Shown here: positions 45,919 to 55,172 of the stretch, in pieces
Position numbering within the stretch: position 1 is the first letter of the stretch
Layout: each line of letters starts with the position of its first letter
Assembly (NCBI GenBank): GCA_035493615.1
Contig: DATJHW010000135.1
Coordinates: forward strand, 8,361 to 72,360
From: Candidatus Saccharimonadales bacterium
Lineage (GTDB): Bacteria > Chloroflexota > Limnocylindria > P2-11E
Length of the DNA: 64,000 nt
Direction of reading: 5' to 3'
The notes under the pieces: generated by a model
Seen by the model: the letters and a program-made list of their open reading frames with translations, nothing else
What the model was told of the DNA's origin: nothing
Database searches by the model: none
Position numbers and translations under genes: made by a program

Positions 45919-47541
45919 TCAGGCCGCCACGATCTGCGGCCGAGGCTCCGAGGTGACGCGACGCGGCGCGCGGGCCGCGAGCGAGAGCAGCGCCGCGACG
46001 ATCACGATGCCGATCGGCAGGGCCATGCTCGGCCGCATCGCATCGACGAACGCGTGCGTGAAGACCGCGTGACCGAGCTGCGCGAGCTGGTCGGCGACCT
46101 GTTGCGGGATGCCCGGCGGGAGCTGAAGCGCGGCGCCGTTCTGACCGGCGCCGACCTCGAGACCCTGCTTGCCGGCATCGGCGAAGCCGTTGATGAACGG
46201 CTGCTGGAACGGCGCGGGAAGCTGGGCCGAGTATGCGACCGCCTCCCTGCGGAGCGACGTGGCGAGCTGGTTCTGGAGCACCGCGCCGATCGCGGCGCTC
46301 GCGATGACCGTGCCGAGCTCCTGCATCGTGTTGAGCACACCGGATGCGGTGCCGGCGAGCTCGGGCTTGAGGTCCCGGGTCGCGAGGTCGTACACCGGTG
46401 TCCACACACCGGACATGCCGATCCCCATCAGGATGAGGCCCGGCAGGAGCGCCCACCGGCCGCCGTCGGCGCTCACGCTCCACGCGATGAACGCGAGCGC
46501 GATCGTGAACAGCATGAGGCCCACGAAGAGGAACGGCTTCGGGCCGACCTTCTGGACCTGGCTCGCGACAAAGCCCGACGCGATCATCATCGCGAGTGGC
46601 ATCGGCGCGATCGTCAGGCCGGCCGTGAACGCGTCGAAGCCCAGGACCGACTGGAAGTAGATGGTGAGCGGCAGGAACACGCCGAGGATCGCGAAGCCCA
46701 TCGCCATGAGCACGAACACCATGAGCGTGAAGTTGCGGTTCTCGAAGACGGCGAACGGGAGCAGCGGCTCACGATCCTGGACGCCCCGCTCGTAGAACAT
46801 GAACAGGGCGAGCAGGACGATGCCCGCGGCGATGATCTCCGGGATCGTGACGAACCCCGTGACCGTGCCCCAGTCGAAGCGCTGACCCTCGATCAGGCCG
46901 TAGACGACGAGCAGGAGCCCGCCGCTCGCGAGCGCGACTCCGGGAATGTCGAGCCGGTGGCTCCTGCCCACGCGCAGGTCCGGGACCAGCGCGAACGCCG
47001 CGATGACGAGCGCGACGCCGATCGGGATGTTCACGTAGAAGATCCAGCGCCAGCCGAAGTTCGAAACGATGAGACCACCGAGGGTCGGACCGAGGACGAC
47101 GGCCAGGCCGGCCAGGATGCCGAAGATCGCGAACACCCCGCCGCGCTTCTCGGGCGCGAACAGGCTCGTGATCATCGGCAGGCCCTGCGGCGCGATGAGC
47201 GCGGCCCCGAGACCCTGCGCGGCGCGCGCGAGGATGAGCTGCGTCGGATCCTGGGCGAGGCCGCTCAAGGCGGAGGCCACGGTGAACGTGCCGACCCCGG
47301 CGACGAAGAGCGCGCGCGGGCCGAACATGTCGCCGAGGCGCGCCGAGGTGATGAGGAGCACCGCGTATACGAGGCTGTAGGCGTTGAGCATCCAGAGGAT
47401 GCCGTCGAGCGGGGCCTTCAGGTCGTCGACGATGCTCGGGATCGCGATGTTGACGATCGTCAGATCGAGCAGGGTCATGAACAGCCCGAGGCTGAACACC
47501 ATCAGCACGAGCCAGGGGTTCTTCTGCGGTGCGTCGTTCAT
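45919..47541 (-). CDS. MFS transporter, DHA2 (14-TM drug:H+ antiporter, EmrB/QacA) family
   Basis: 540 aa, 14 predicted TM segments. Motif A-like GDMFGPR. Confidence 0.8.
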   Translation of the reverse strand: MNDAPQKNPWLVLMVFSLGLFMTLLDLTIVNIAIPSIVDDLKAPLDGILWMLNAYSLVYAVLLITSARLGDMFGPRALFVAGVGTFTVASALSGLAQDPTQLILARAAQGLGAALIAPQGLPMITSLFAPEKRGGVFAIFGILAGLAVVLGPTLGGLIVSNFGWRWIFYVNIPIGVALVIAAFALVPDLRVGRSHRLDIPGVALASGGLLLVVYGLIEGQRFDWGTVTGFVTIPEIIAAGIVLLALFMFYERGVQDREPLLPFAVFENRNFTLMVFVLMAMGFAILGVFLPLTIYFQSVLGFDAFTAGLTIAPMPLAMMIASGFVASQVQKVGPKPFLFVGLMLFTIALAFIAWSVSADGGRWALLPGLILMGIGMSGVWTPVYDLATRDLKPELAGTASGVLNTMQELGTVIASAAIGAVLQNQLATSLRREAVAYSAQLPAPFQQPFINGFADAGKQGLEVGAGQNGAALQLPPGIPQQVADQLAQLGHAVFTHAFVDAMRPSMALPIGIVIVAALLSLAARAPRRVTSEPRPQIVAA

Positions 47542-47649
47542 ACGTCCTCCGTGCGGCGTTAGACTATGATAGCTGCATCAGTCAGTATCTGCGCGAATCA
47601 GATATCCGCACCATGTCACGCGATACAGAGAAAGAGAAGGGCGGTGGCC

Positions 47650-48189
47650 GTGGGCGCGAAGCGATCGCGGGCGGAGCTGCTGCAGGCCATCCGCAGCGGC
47701 TTCCAGCAGATCAGCGGGCAATCCGTGCTGCTGAGCCAGGTGGTCGCCGACAAGGTCGGGCTCGCTCCGAGCGATCTCGAGTGTCTCGGCTACCTCGAGG
47801 ACGGCGGGCCGATGACCGCGGGGCGGCTCTCGGAGCTCACCGGGCTCACCAGCGGCGCGGTCACCCGGATGGTCGACCGGCTCGAGTCGGCGAGGTACGT
47901 GCGCCGGCGCAGTGATCCGGATGACCGGCGGAAGGTGATCATCGAGCTGGTCCCCGGGCGAGCGAAGGAGTTCGAGCGGTTCTACGGGCCGATGGCCCGC
48001 GGCACGACCGAGCGCCTGACGCGCTACGGCGACGCCGAGCTCGCGCTCATCGCCGAGCTGCTCGATGGGATGACCGAGTTCGGTCGGGCGCAGATCACGC
48101 GCATCGAGGCGCTCCCCGCCAAGCCAAGGCGCCGCCGGGTCCGGATCCACGGCCAGGTGCTCGGGCAGAAAGTGAAGATCGAGCTCTAG
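47650..48189 (+). CDS. MarR-family transcriptional regulator, divergent from the MFS gene
   Basis: Winged-HTH (LTGLTSGAVTRMVDRLESARYVRRRSDPDDRRKV). GTG 47650 within track ORF 47566..48189. Confidence 0.7.
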   Translation: MGAKRSRAELLQAIRSGFQQISGQSVLLSQVVADKVGLAPSDLECLGYLEDGGPMTAGRLSELTGLTSGAVTRMVDRLESARYVRRRSDPDDRRKVIIELVPGRAKEFERFYGPMARGTTERLTRYGDAELALIAELLDGMTEFGRAQITRIEALPAKPRRRRVRIHGQVLGQKVKIEL

Positions 48190-49514
48190 GCGGACATCGG
48201 CGGCTGCACCACCGGCAGGGTGTGGATCGCGCGCGGCACCAGGAGCACCGACGCCCGCTGCGGCCGACCGATGTGCTCGTACGCGATGTCGAGCGCCTCC
48301 TCCACGTCCACGGCCGCGCGCAGCTTCGCGAGCCGCACGATCTCCGGCGCTTCCGATGCCGCGACAACGATCTGGCAGTGCTGCAGCGTCAGGGCCACCA
48401 TGACCGCGCGCTGCTCGCCGCCCGCGAAGTGCCGCCTTGCGGCCTCGACGACGGCCGCGGGTGATTCCGCGGATTCGAGGGCATGCAGGAACCGCTGCTC
48501 CCCCGCTCCCTCGCCGGCGCCCTCGTCGAGCTTCGCCGGCAGGATGATCGAGCCGCCCTCGCGCACGACCGGGGTGGGCGCGAAGCGGAGGTACGTCGCG
48601 GCGCGCGACGCCTGGTACAGGTTCACGTCCTTCGGCGCGCCCACGCCGGCGATCGCGATGTCGTACTGCTTCGCGATCGGCCGGGTGTAGATCGCCGCCG
48701 CCTTCGCCACGAGCTCCGCGAGCACCGCATCCGGGTCGCCTGAGGCGACCGCGACGACGCGTTCGCGGTCGTCGGTCACGACGTTGATGCAGAACCGCAG
48801 GCCCGCGCGGCGCGCGATCTCGCGGACGGTCTCGTGGAACGGGTTGCCATCGATGCGGCCCAGCCGCACACCGGGGTCCTCCAGGAAGCGCATGCCGTGC
48901 GTCGCGGTGATGACCGGCTCGCCGCAGCAGCCGATGGCGACCGTCTTCCGGCCGCCCGAGTAGCCGGCGTACTGGTGCGGCTCGACGATGCCCGTCGCGA
49001 TGACCAGATCCGCGTCCTTGATGACCTGCTGGGTGGAGCCCGGCACGCCGTAGGGCGGAATGGATCCGAGGTCCGCCCACATCGCCGGGTCGCGGCCGTT
49101 CGAGTCGGTGACGCGCACTCGTTTCGTGACACCCGCGCCGAGCTTCTCGGTCTTCTCGGCGTCGGTCGTCGGCCGGTGGAGACCGACGGCGACGATGATC
49201 GTGATGTCCTGGTCGGCGATCCCGCCGGCGTTCAGCTCCTCGAGGAGCGGCGGAACGAGGACGTCGTCCGGACAGGCGCGCGTGAGGTCGGTGACCGCGA
49301 TGACCGCGAGCGGCCTGCGCGATCCGGCGGCGCGCTTCGCATCGGCGGCGAGCTCGCGCAGCCGCGTCGTGCCGAGCGGCGACCGGAGGCTCGCCCGCGC
49401 GGCCTGGGCAAGATCGCCGACCGGCGTGGCCGGCGCGGACTCGACGACGTCGACGTCGAACCACGGCTGGACCATGAACTCCAGCTCCTCGTGGCCGTAG
49501 GGAACGCGAAGCAT
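48186..49514 (-). CDS. LarA-like (lactate racemase / DUF2088 nickel-pincer-cofactor enzyme) family protein
   Basis: Starts MLRVPYGHEELEF (ATG 49514) within track ORF 48186..49673. LarA N-terminal and central conserved blocks. Confidence 0.65.
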   Translation of the reverse strand: MLRVPYGHEELEFMVQPWFDVDVVESAPATPVGDLAQAARASLRSPLGTTRLRELAADAKRAAGSRRPLAVIAVTDLTRACPDDVLVPPLLEELNAGGIADQDITIIVAVGLHRPTTDAEKTEKLGAGVTKRVRVTDSNGRDPAMWADLGSIPPYGVPGSTQQVIKDADLVIATGIVEPHQYAGYSGGRKTVAIGCCGEPVITATHGMRFLEDPGVRLGRIDGNPFHETVREIARRAGLRFCINVVTDDRERVVAVASGDPDAVLAELVAKAAAIYTRPIAKQYDIAIAGVGAPKDVNLYQASRAATYLRFAPTPVVREGGSIILPAKLDEGAGEGAGEQRFLHALESAESPAAVVEAARRHFAGGEQRAVMVALTLQHCQIVVAASEAPEIVRLAKLRAAVDVEEALDIAYEHIGRPQRASVLLVPRAIHTLPVVQPPMSA

Positions 49515-49596
49515 CCGCTCGCCGCCCGGGGGCGCGTTCTGCACGCGGTCATTGTGCGGCTCGGCCGGGCGGGCAGAAGCCCGCCCGGCCACCGGC

Positions 49597-49794
49597 TTAC
49601 AGGATCCCGAGGAGGCGCAGCACGATGAGAATGACGACGATGACGAGCAGCGTGTGGATCCAGTTGCCGCCACCGAGCCATCCGCCGTCGCTCACCACGG
49701 TGCCGCCACGGCTGCCGTACAGCCGGCCGCGGCCGAAGTACCCGAACAGCCACAGGATCAGCAGGATCACGATGATGAGCTCGAGAATGCCCAT
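49597..49794 (-). CDS. lmo0937-family small membrane protein, internally duplicated (two GxxG hairpin modules)
   Basis: 65 aa. MGILELIIVILLILWLFGYFGRG..GNWIHTLLVIVVILIVLRLLGIL. Confidence 0.55.
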   Translation of the reverse strand: MGILELIIVILLILWLFGYFGRGRLYGSRGGTVVSDGGWLGGGNWIHTLLVIVVILIVLRLLGIL

Positions 49795-49818
49795 TCATAC
49801 CTCCGTGCGGCGAGCTTC

Positions 49819-51480
49819 GTGAGCAGCCGCTTCGCCGAATGGGCTAGCACGGCCGATGCCGTGCGGGCGACGACCAAGAAATTGGAGAAGCTGGCCGCGC
49901 TCGGGGCCTATTTCCAACGGCTGGACGAGCCTGATCTCGCGATCGCGGCGCGGCTCTTCGCCGGCGTGCCGTTCCCGCGGACGGACGAACGGGTCCTGTC
50001 CGTCGGGTGGCGCGCCCTGCTCGACGCGGTCATGGCCCGGACCGGCACGTCGGGCGACGACATCGAGGCCTCGTACCAGCGCCACGCCGACCTTGGCGAC
50101 GTGGCCGCCGAGGTCGCGGACCGTGCGGCGATCCCGCCGAAGCCGCCGCCGCTCACGCTCGGCGACGTCGCCGAGGCGTTCGACCGCATCGCCGCGGCCC
50201 GCGGTGTCGCGCCGAAGGCCGAGCTCCTCTCGACGTTGCTGGTGCGCGCCGAGCCCGCGGAGATCCGCTACCTCGTGAAGGTCATGAGCGGCGAGCCGCG
50301 CATCGGCTTGCGCGAGGGGCTGCTCGAGGATGCCATCGCGCGCGCCTACGGTCGGGACCGCGAGGCCGTCGGACGGGCGCACATGCTCGACGGCGACATC
50401 GGCGTGACTGCGGTCCGCGCGAAGGGCGACACGCTCGGCCAGGCACGGTTCGTCCACTTCGCGCCGATCGGGATGATGCTCGCGACGCCGGTCCTGGACC
50501 TGGCCGAGGTCGAGAAGCGCATCGCGCCGCCGTACGACGTCGAGGACAAGTACGACGGCGTGCGAGCGCAGGTCCACAAGGAGGGCGGCCGGGTGGAGCT
50601 GTACTCGCGGACCTTCGATCGCGTGACCACGCGCTTCCCGGAGCTCGTCGGGCCGCTGCGCGAGATCCCCGGGACGTTCGTGCTGGACGCGGAGGTGCTC
50701 GCCCTCGATCCGGCGGGCCGAGCCATCCCGTTCACCCGATTCCAGACCCGGCTCGGGCGCAAGATCGTGAGCGACGAGCTCCTGCGCGAGCTCCCGGCGA
50801 CACTGGTCGTGTTCGACGTGCTCGAGCGCGATGGCCGGGCGCTGCTCGACGAGCCGCTCGCCGAGCGGCAGGCGGTGCTCGCGAGCCTGCCGTTGCGCGC
50901 GCCCCTGGTCTTCGCGCGCTCGGCGCAGGTGAATGCGTCCGGCGACGCGCTCATCGCGGCGCTCGACGCCGAGTTCACCGCGGCACGCGACCGCGGGAAC
51001 GAGGGCCTGATGCTGAAAGATCCGCGATCGCCGTACCGACCCGGCCGTAGAGGTATGGAGTGGCTGAAGGTGAAGCGCGCCCTCCGCACGCTCGACGTCG
51101 TCGTCACCGCGGTCGAGTGGGGGCACGGGAAGCGCCGGGCCGTCCTCTCCGACTACACGTTCGCGGTCCGTGACGGCGATCGCTTCCTGAATGTCGGGAA
51201 GGCCTATTCAGGATTGACCGACAAGGAGATCGCCGAGATGACCGAGTACTTCAAGGCCCGGACGCTGAAGGACTTCGGCCGCGTGCGGCTCGTCGAGCCC
51301 GACACGGTGATCGAAGTGGCCTTCGACCAGGTGCAGCGCAGCGCGCGGCACGCGTCGGGCTTCGCGCTCCGGTTCCCGCGCATCGTCCGGCTGCGGCCCG
51401 ACAAGCCGGTCAGCGAGATCGACACGCTGGAGACCGTGCGGGCCGTCGCCGGCCCCGACCCCGATACTGACGCCGGATGA
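49819..51480 (+). CDS. lig: ATP-dependent DNA ligase (DBD + adenylation + OB domains)
   Basis: GTG 49819 within track ORF 49552..51480. KxDG adenylation motif (EDKYDGVRAQVH) and motifs III-VI (LMLKDP, EWLKVK). Confidence 0.85.
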   Translation: MSSRFAEWASTADAVRATTKKLEKLAALGAYFQRLDEPDLAIAARLFAGVPFPRTDERVLSVGWRALLDAVMARTGTSGDDIEASYQRHADLGDVAAEVADRAAIPPKPPPLTLGDVAEAFDRIAAARGVAPKAELLSTLLVRAEPAEIRYLVKVMSGEPRIGLREGLLEDAIARAYGRDREAVGRAHMLDGDIGVTAVRAKGDTLGQARFVHFAPIGMMLATPVLDLAEVEKRIAPPYDVEDKYDGVRAQVHKEGGRVELYSRTFDRVTTRFPELVGPLREIPGTFVLDAEVLALDPAGRAIPFTRFQTRLGRKIVSDELLRELPATLVVFDVLERDGRALLDEPLAERQAVLASLPLRAPLVFARSAQVNASGDALIAALDAEFTAARDRGNEGLMLKDPRSPYRPGRRGMEWLKVKRALRTLDVVVTAVEWGHGKRRAVLSDYTFAVRDGDRFLNVGKAYSGLTDKEIAEMTEYFKARTLKDFGRVRLVEPDTVIEVAFDQVQRSARHASGFALRFPRIVRLRPDKPVSEIDTLETVRAVAGPDPDTDAG

Positions 51481-52565
51481 CGACCGAAGAACGCCGGACG
51501 ACGGGCCGGCGAGCCTCGGACTCGATCACGGGCGTCGCCTTCGAGGACGCGTTCGTCGCGCTCACCGACGGCATCCTCATCAGCGACGGGACCGGCAAGG
51601 TGCTGTCCGCGAATCCCGCGGCGTTCCGCCTGCTCGGCGAGGACAAGCTCATCGGCCGGTCGTTCGAGGATCTCCTCCTCGTCTCCGGCGCCGTCACCGT
51701 CCAGAACCCCGAGGGGCAGGCCATCCGGCGGGCCTGGTTCCCGCGCGAGGAGCGGATGGGGGTGCTCGAGATCGTCTCGACGCCGCTCGCGGGGTCGTCG
51801 CCGCGCGCCACGATCCACACGGTCCGCGACGTCACCGCGAGCGCCGAGCTCCTTCGGCTGAAGGAGGAGTTCCTCCTGGATGTCGCCCACGAGCTCCGGA
51901 CGCCGATCGCGGCGCTCACCGCGTCGCTCGACCTCGTCCACCAGGATGCGATCTCGATGCCGCGCGAGGAGCTGCGCACGATGGTGGGCACGCTGCGCCG
52001 GAGCGCCCTGCGGCTCGAGCACCTCGTCGAGAACCTCCTCGACGCCGGCAGCATCGAGGCCGGCACGTTCGAGGTGCGCGCGGTGCCCTGCAGCCTTCGG
52101 GACGTGCTCGAGGACAGCCTGCTGTTCGTTCGCTCGACCTTCGACTCGAAGGGCCAGCAGCTCGTCACGCACTTCGGGCGCGGGGCCGATCGCGTCGTCT
52201 GCGACCCGCGCCGCACCGGCCAGGTGCTGGCGAATCTCCTCGGCAACGCCGGCAAGTACGGCACCGAGCGATCGGAGATCACGCTGAAGGCCGACTCCAG
52301 CGCCGGCTTCGTGAAGGTCACGATCCACAACGACGGGCCGGCCATCCCGCCCGACGAGCTGGCCCGCCTCTTTCAGCGGTTCTTCCGGTCGCGCAACGTC
52401 CGTGGCGAGATGGGCGGCCTCGGTCTCGGGCTCACCATCTGCCGGGCCATCGTGCAGGCGCAGGGCGGCGAGATCGGCGTCGACAGCGCGCCCGACCGCG
52501 GCACGTCGGTACACTTCACGCTCCCGAAGGCGCGCGAGCTCGCGCAGGAGGCTGGATCAGCGTGA
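51477..52565 (+). CDS. Cytoplasmic PAS-containing sensor histidine kinase
   Basis: H-box VAHELRTPIAAL. N, G1, G2 boxes. Confidence 0.85.
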   Translation: MTTEERRTTGRRASDSITGVAFEDAFVALTDGILISDGTGKVLSANPAAFRLLGEDKLIGRSFEDLLLVSGAVTVQNPEGQAIRRAWFPREERMGVLEIVSTPLAGSSPRATIHTVRDVTASAELLRLKEEFLLDVAHELRTPIAALTASLDLVHQDAISMPREELRTMVGTLRRSALRLEHLVENLLDAGSIEAGTFEVRAVPCSLRDVLEDSLLFVRSTFDSKGQQLVTHFGRGADRVVCDPRRTGQVLANLLGNAGKYGTERSEITLKADSSAGFVKVTIHNDGPAIPPDELARLFQRFFRSRNVRGEMGGLGLGLTICRAIVQAQGGEIGVDSAPDRGTSVHFTLPKARELAQEAGSA

Positions 52566-53284
52566 AGCTGCTGGTCGTCGACGACGACCGCGATCTGGTG
52601 GAGCTGCTTGATTACGCGCTGCGGCGCGAGGGGTACGAGGTCGTGCGGGCCTACGACGGCGAGGCCGCACTCGAAACGTTGAGCCGCGAGCATCCCGATC
52701 TCGTCGTGCTCGACATCAATCTGCCCAAGCTCGCGGGCTTCGTCGTCCTGGAGCGCATCCGTCACGTCGACGAGCACGTCGCGGTGCTGCTGCTCTCGGC
52801 GCGCCAGGACGAGTCGGACATCCTCCGTGGGCTGCAGCTCGGCGCCGACGACTACATCACCAAGCCGTTCCGTCCGAAGGAGCTGGTCGCGCGGGTGAAG
52901 GCGATCCTGCGACGGTCCGTCCACGCGCGCGGCCGGCCGGCGCCGTCGGTGTACAAGACGGGCGACATCGTCCTCGACGAGGCGACGCACGAGGTGCGGA
53001 CCGCCGAGGTGCCGGTGCACCTCTCGCCCACCGAGTTCAAGCTGCTGCGGCACTTCATGGCGAATCCCGGCCGCGTCCTCACGCAGGAGGAGATCCTCGA
53101 AGGTGTGTGGGGCTACGACGCCGACGTCGGCGGCGATCTCGTGAAGCTGAACGTGAGCCGGCTGCGCCGGAAGCTCGGCGCGGATGGCCGCACGCGCGAC
53201 GTCATTCAGACCGTGCCCGGTGTGGGGTATCTCTTCAAGGGCGCCGACGGCGGCGTGCAGCGCGAGGAAGCGAAAGCCCGCTAG
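52562..53284 (+). CDS. OmpR-family response regulator
   Basis: LLVVDDD receiver. Winged-helix output VGYLFK. Confidence 0.85.
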   Translation: MKLLVVDDDRDLVELLDYALRREGYEVVRAYDGEAALETLSREHPDLVVLDINLPKLAGFVVLERIRHVDEHVAVLLLSARQDESDILRGLQLGADDYITKPFRPKELVARVKAILRRSVHARGRPAPSVYKTGDIVLDEATHEVRTAEVPVHLSPTEFKLLRHFMANPGRVLTQEEILEGVWGYDADVGGDLVKLNVSRLRRKLGADGRTRDVIQTVPGVGYLFKGADGGVQREEAKAR

Positions 53285-54618
53285 CCGGCCTCGGTCAGCC
53301 TCCGGCGCGTCGCCTCGAGATCCACCGAGTTGCTGTAGACGGGGTAGACCGCGAAGCCCGACGCCTTCGAGATCGAATCGACCGCGGCACTGTTCGGCAT
53401 CGGAAGCGCGATCGTCAGTACCTGGCCGTCACGGCCGACGACCACCGCGTTCCATTCGGCCGCGAGTGCCGGAGACAGGAGCGCCTGGAGGCTCCGTGTC
53501 GCAAGGCGCGCGGGCTCGGCGAGGAACGGCGCGGGCGGCGGGGTCCCGCCCCGCGACCGCAGCGATCCGCGCGGACCCTCGGCGAAGCTGTGCTCCCAGA
53601 CGCGGACGCCGCCTCCGGCCTCCTTCGCCCGGTACATCGCGATGTCCGAGAACTCGATGAGCGCGGCGCTGTCGCCCGATGGGCGCGGATAGGTCGCGAT
53701 GCCGATCGAGAGCCCGATCGCGACGCCCGCCGCGGCGAGGTCCGGCGGCAGCGGCTGCTGCCCGGTCTTCTCGAGCACCCGGCGCGCGACGCGCGATGCG
53801 ACGTCGCTGTCGGCCTCGGGAAGGATGACCGCGAACTCGTCCCCGCCGTACCGCGTCGGGACGTCGTAGAGGCGCACGGCCTGCTTGATGCCCGTCGCGA
53901 CGGACCGCAGCACGGCGTCGCCGGTGCGGTGGCCGAAGCGATCGTTGATCGACTTGAAGTGGTCCACGTCGATCATGAGCAACGACAGCAGGCTCTCCGC
54001 GCGCAGCGCGCGGTTGAGCTCGGCGTCGAGCCGGCGGTCGAAGTGACGGCGATTGAACAGGAACGTGACCGGATCGGTCTCGGCCAGCTTTTGCATCGCC
54101 TCGCCCTGCTCGCGCTGCAGCAGCACCGCGCCGATGTGGCTCGCGAGGAGCTCGAGCGTCAGGAGGTCGTTCTCCCCGAAGGAGCCGCCGTCGAGCGGAT
54201 CGGCGACGTTCAGCACCCCGAGGGACACGTCGTCGACCAGGATCGGGACCGACATGAAGGTCGCCGTGCGGTAGCGGCCGGGATCGCCGCTCCGCGGCCC
54301 GACCGCGTCATCGGCGCGGACGAGGAGGGACCGCTTGGACAGGGCGACCGAGCCGACGACGCCCTCGCCCTGGCGGACGCGGACCTGCTTGCGCACCTCG
54401 TCCGCGATCCCGACCGCGTGCGCGATGACGAAGTCGGCCGTGCCGTCGTCGCGAATGAGCAGCGACGCACGCGAGCCGCGAACGAGCTCCGTCGCGACCC
54501 TGAAGATCGAATCAAGGAGATCTTGCGCGAGCCCAGCCGGACCCGCGGCCTCTGCGTCCACCGATTCCCCCATGCCCCGCTGCGCCAGAGTGTCAGTTGG
54601 CGGCCTGAGGGTGGCCAT
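53281..54618 (-). CDS. GAF-GGDEF diguanylate cyclase with C-terminal GspE_N/MshEN-like domain
   Basis: ATG 54618 (MATLRPP) within track ORF 53281..55677. GAF region. RYGGDEF active site. C-terminal ~100 aa resembles the T2SSE_N fold (NAVVVGRDGQVLTIALPMP...). Confidence 0.75.
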   Translation of the reverse strand: MATLRPPTDTLAQRGMGESVDAEAAGPAGLAQDLLDSIFRVATELVRGSRASLLIRDDGTADFVIAHAVGIADEVRKQVRVRQGEGVVGSVALSKRSLLVRADDAVGPRSGDPGRYRTATFMSVPILVDDVSLGVLNVADPLDGGSFGENDLLTLELLASHIGAVLLQREQGEAMQKLAETDPVTFLFNRRHFDRRLDAELNRALRAESLLSLLMIDVDHFKSINDRFGHRTGDAVLRSVATGIKQAVRLYDVPTRYGGDEFAVILPEADSDVASRVARRVLEKTGQQPLPPDLAAAGVAIGLSIGIATYPRPSGDSAALIEFSDIAMYRAKEAGGGVRVWEHSFAEGPRGSLRSRGGTPPPAPFLAEPARLATRSLQALLSPALAAEWNAVVVGRDGQVLTIALPMPNSAAVDSISKASGFAVYPVYSNSVDLEATRRRLTEAG

Positions 54619-54807
54619 GACCGTTCGGTATCGGTTGGCCGGTCCGGCCGGTACCGGGCAGCGTTTCGCCCGACTCGCGGTACGTCGCACGGCGCCGCGA
54701 GCGGTCGTGTCGCCATTCGCGACGCATGTGCGCCGGCGCATCGGTTCGCGGTCATCCGGACGGGGCGGTCGGGCGTATCGCGAGCAGATCAACTTCAGGA
54801 GGACGGC

Positions 54808-55170
54808 ATGACTTCGTCTCGCAGAGCGTTCGCGCTCGTGGCCGCGGTCGCGATCGCCACGGCCTGTAGCTCGCCCGCCGCACCGGCGGCGACATCCGCG
54901 CCCCCGGCGGCGGCGTCGGTCAACATCGATGTCCAGGGCTTCAAGTTCCCGCCGAACATGGACGTCGCCGCCGGCACGAAGGTCACCTGGACGAACAAGG
55001 ACAGCGTCGCCCACACCGTCACGAGCGGCACGCGTCCGAACAAGGATGGAAAGTTCGACGGGCAGCTCGCCGCGAACGGCACGTTCAGCTTCACGTTCAC
55101 GGCAGCCGGAACGTACCAATACTTCTGCACGGTGCATAGCTCGATGAATGGCACGATCACCGTCAAGTAG
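54808..55170 (+). CDS. Cupredoxin (type-1 blue copper, amicyanin/plastocyanin-like) lipoprotein
   Basis: ATG 54808 preceded by AGGAGG. Lipobox IATACSS. Cu ligands H (AHTV), C-x2-H-x2-M (CTVHSSM). Confidence 0.75.
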   Translation: MTSSRRAFALVAAVAIATACSSPAAPAATSAPPAAASVNIDVQGFKFPPNMDVAAGTKVTWTNKDSVAHTVTSGTRPNKDGKFDGQLAANGTFSFTFTAAGTYQYFCTVHSSMNGTITVK

Positions 55171-55172
55171 CG

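Noticed and set aside
53107-55170. 687-aa plus-strand ORF
   Set aside because: Only its last 120 codons (cupredoxin, with RBS and lipobox) are credible. The rest is antisense to the GAF-GGDEF gene.
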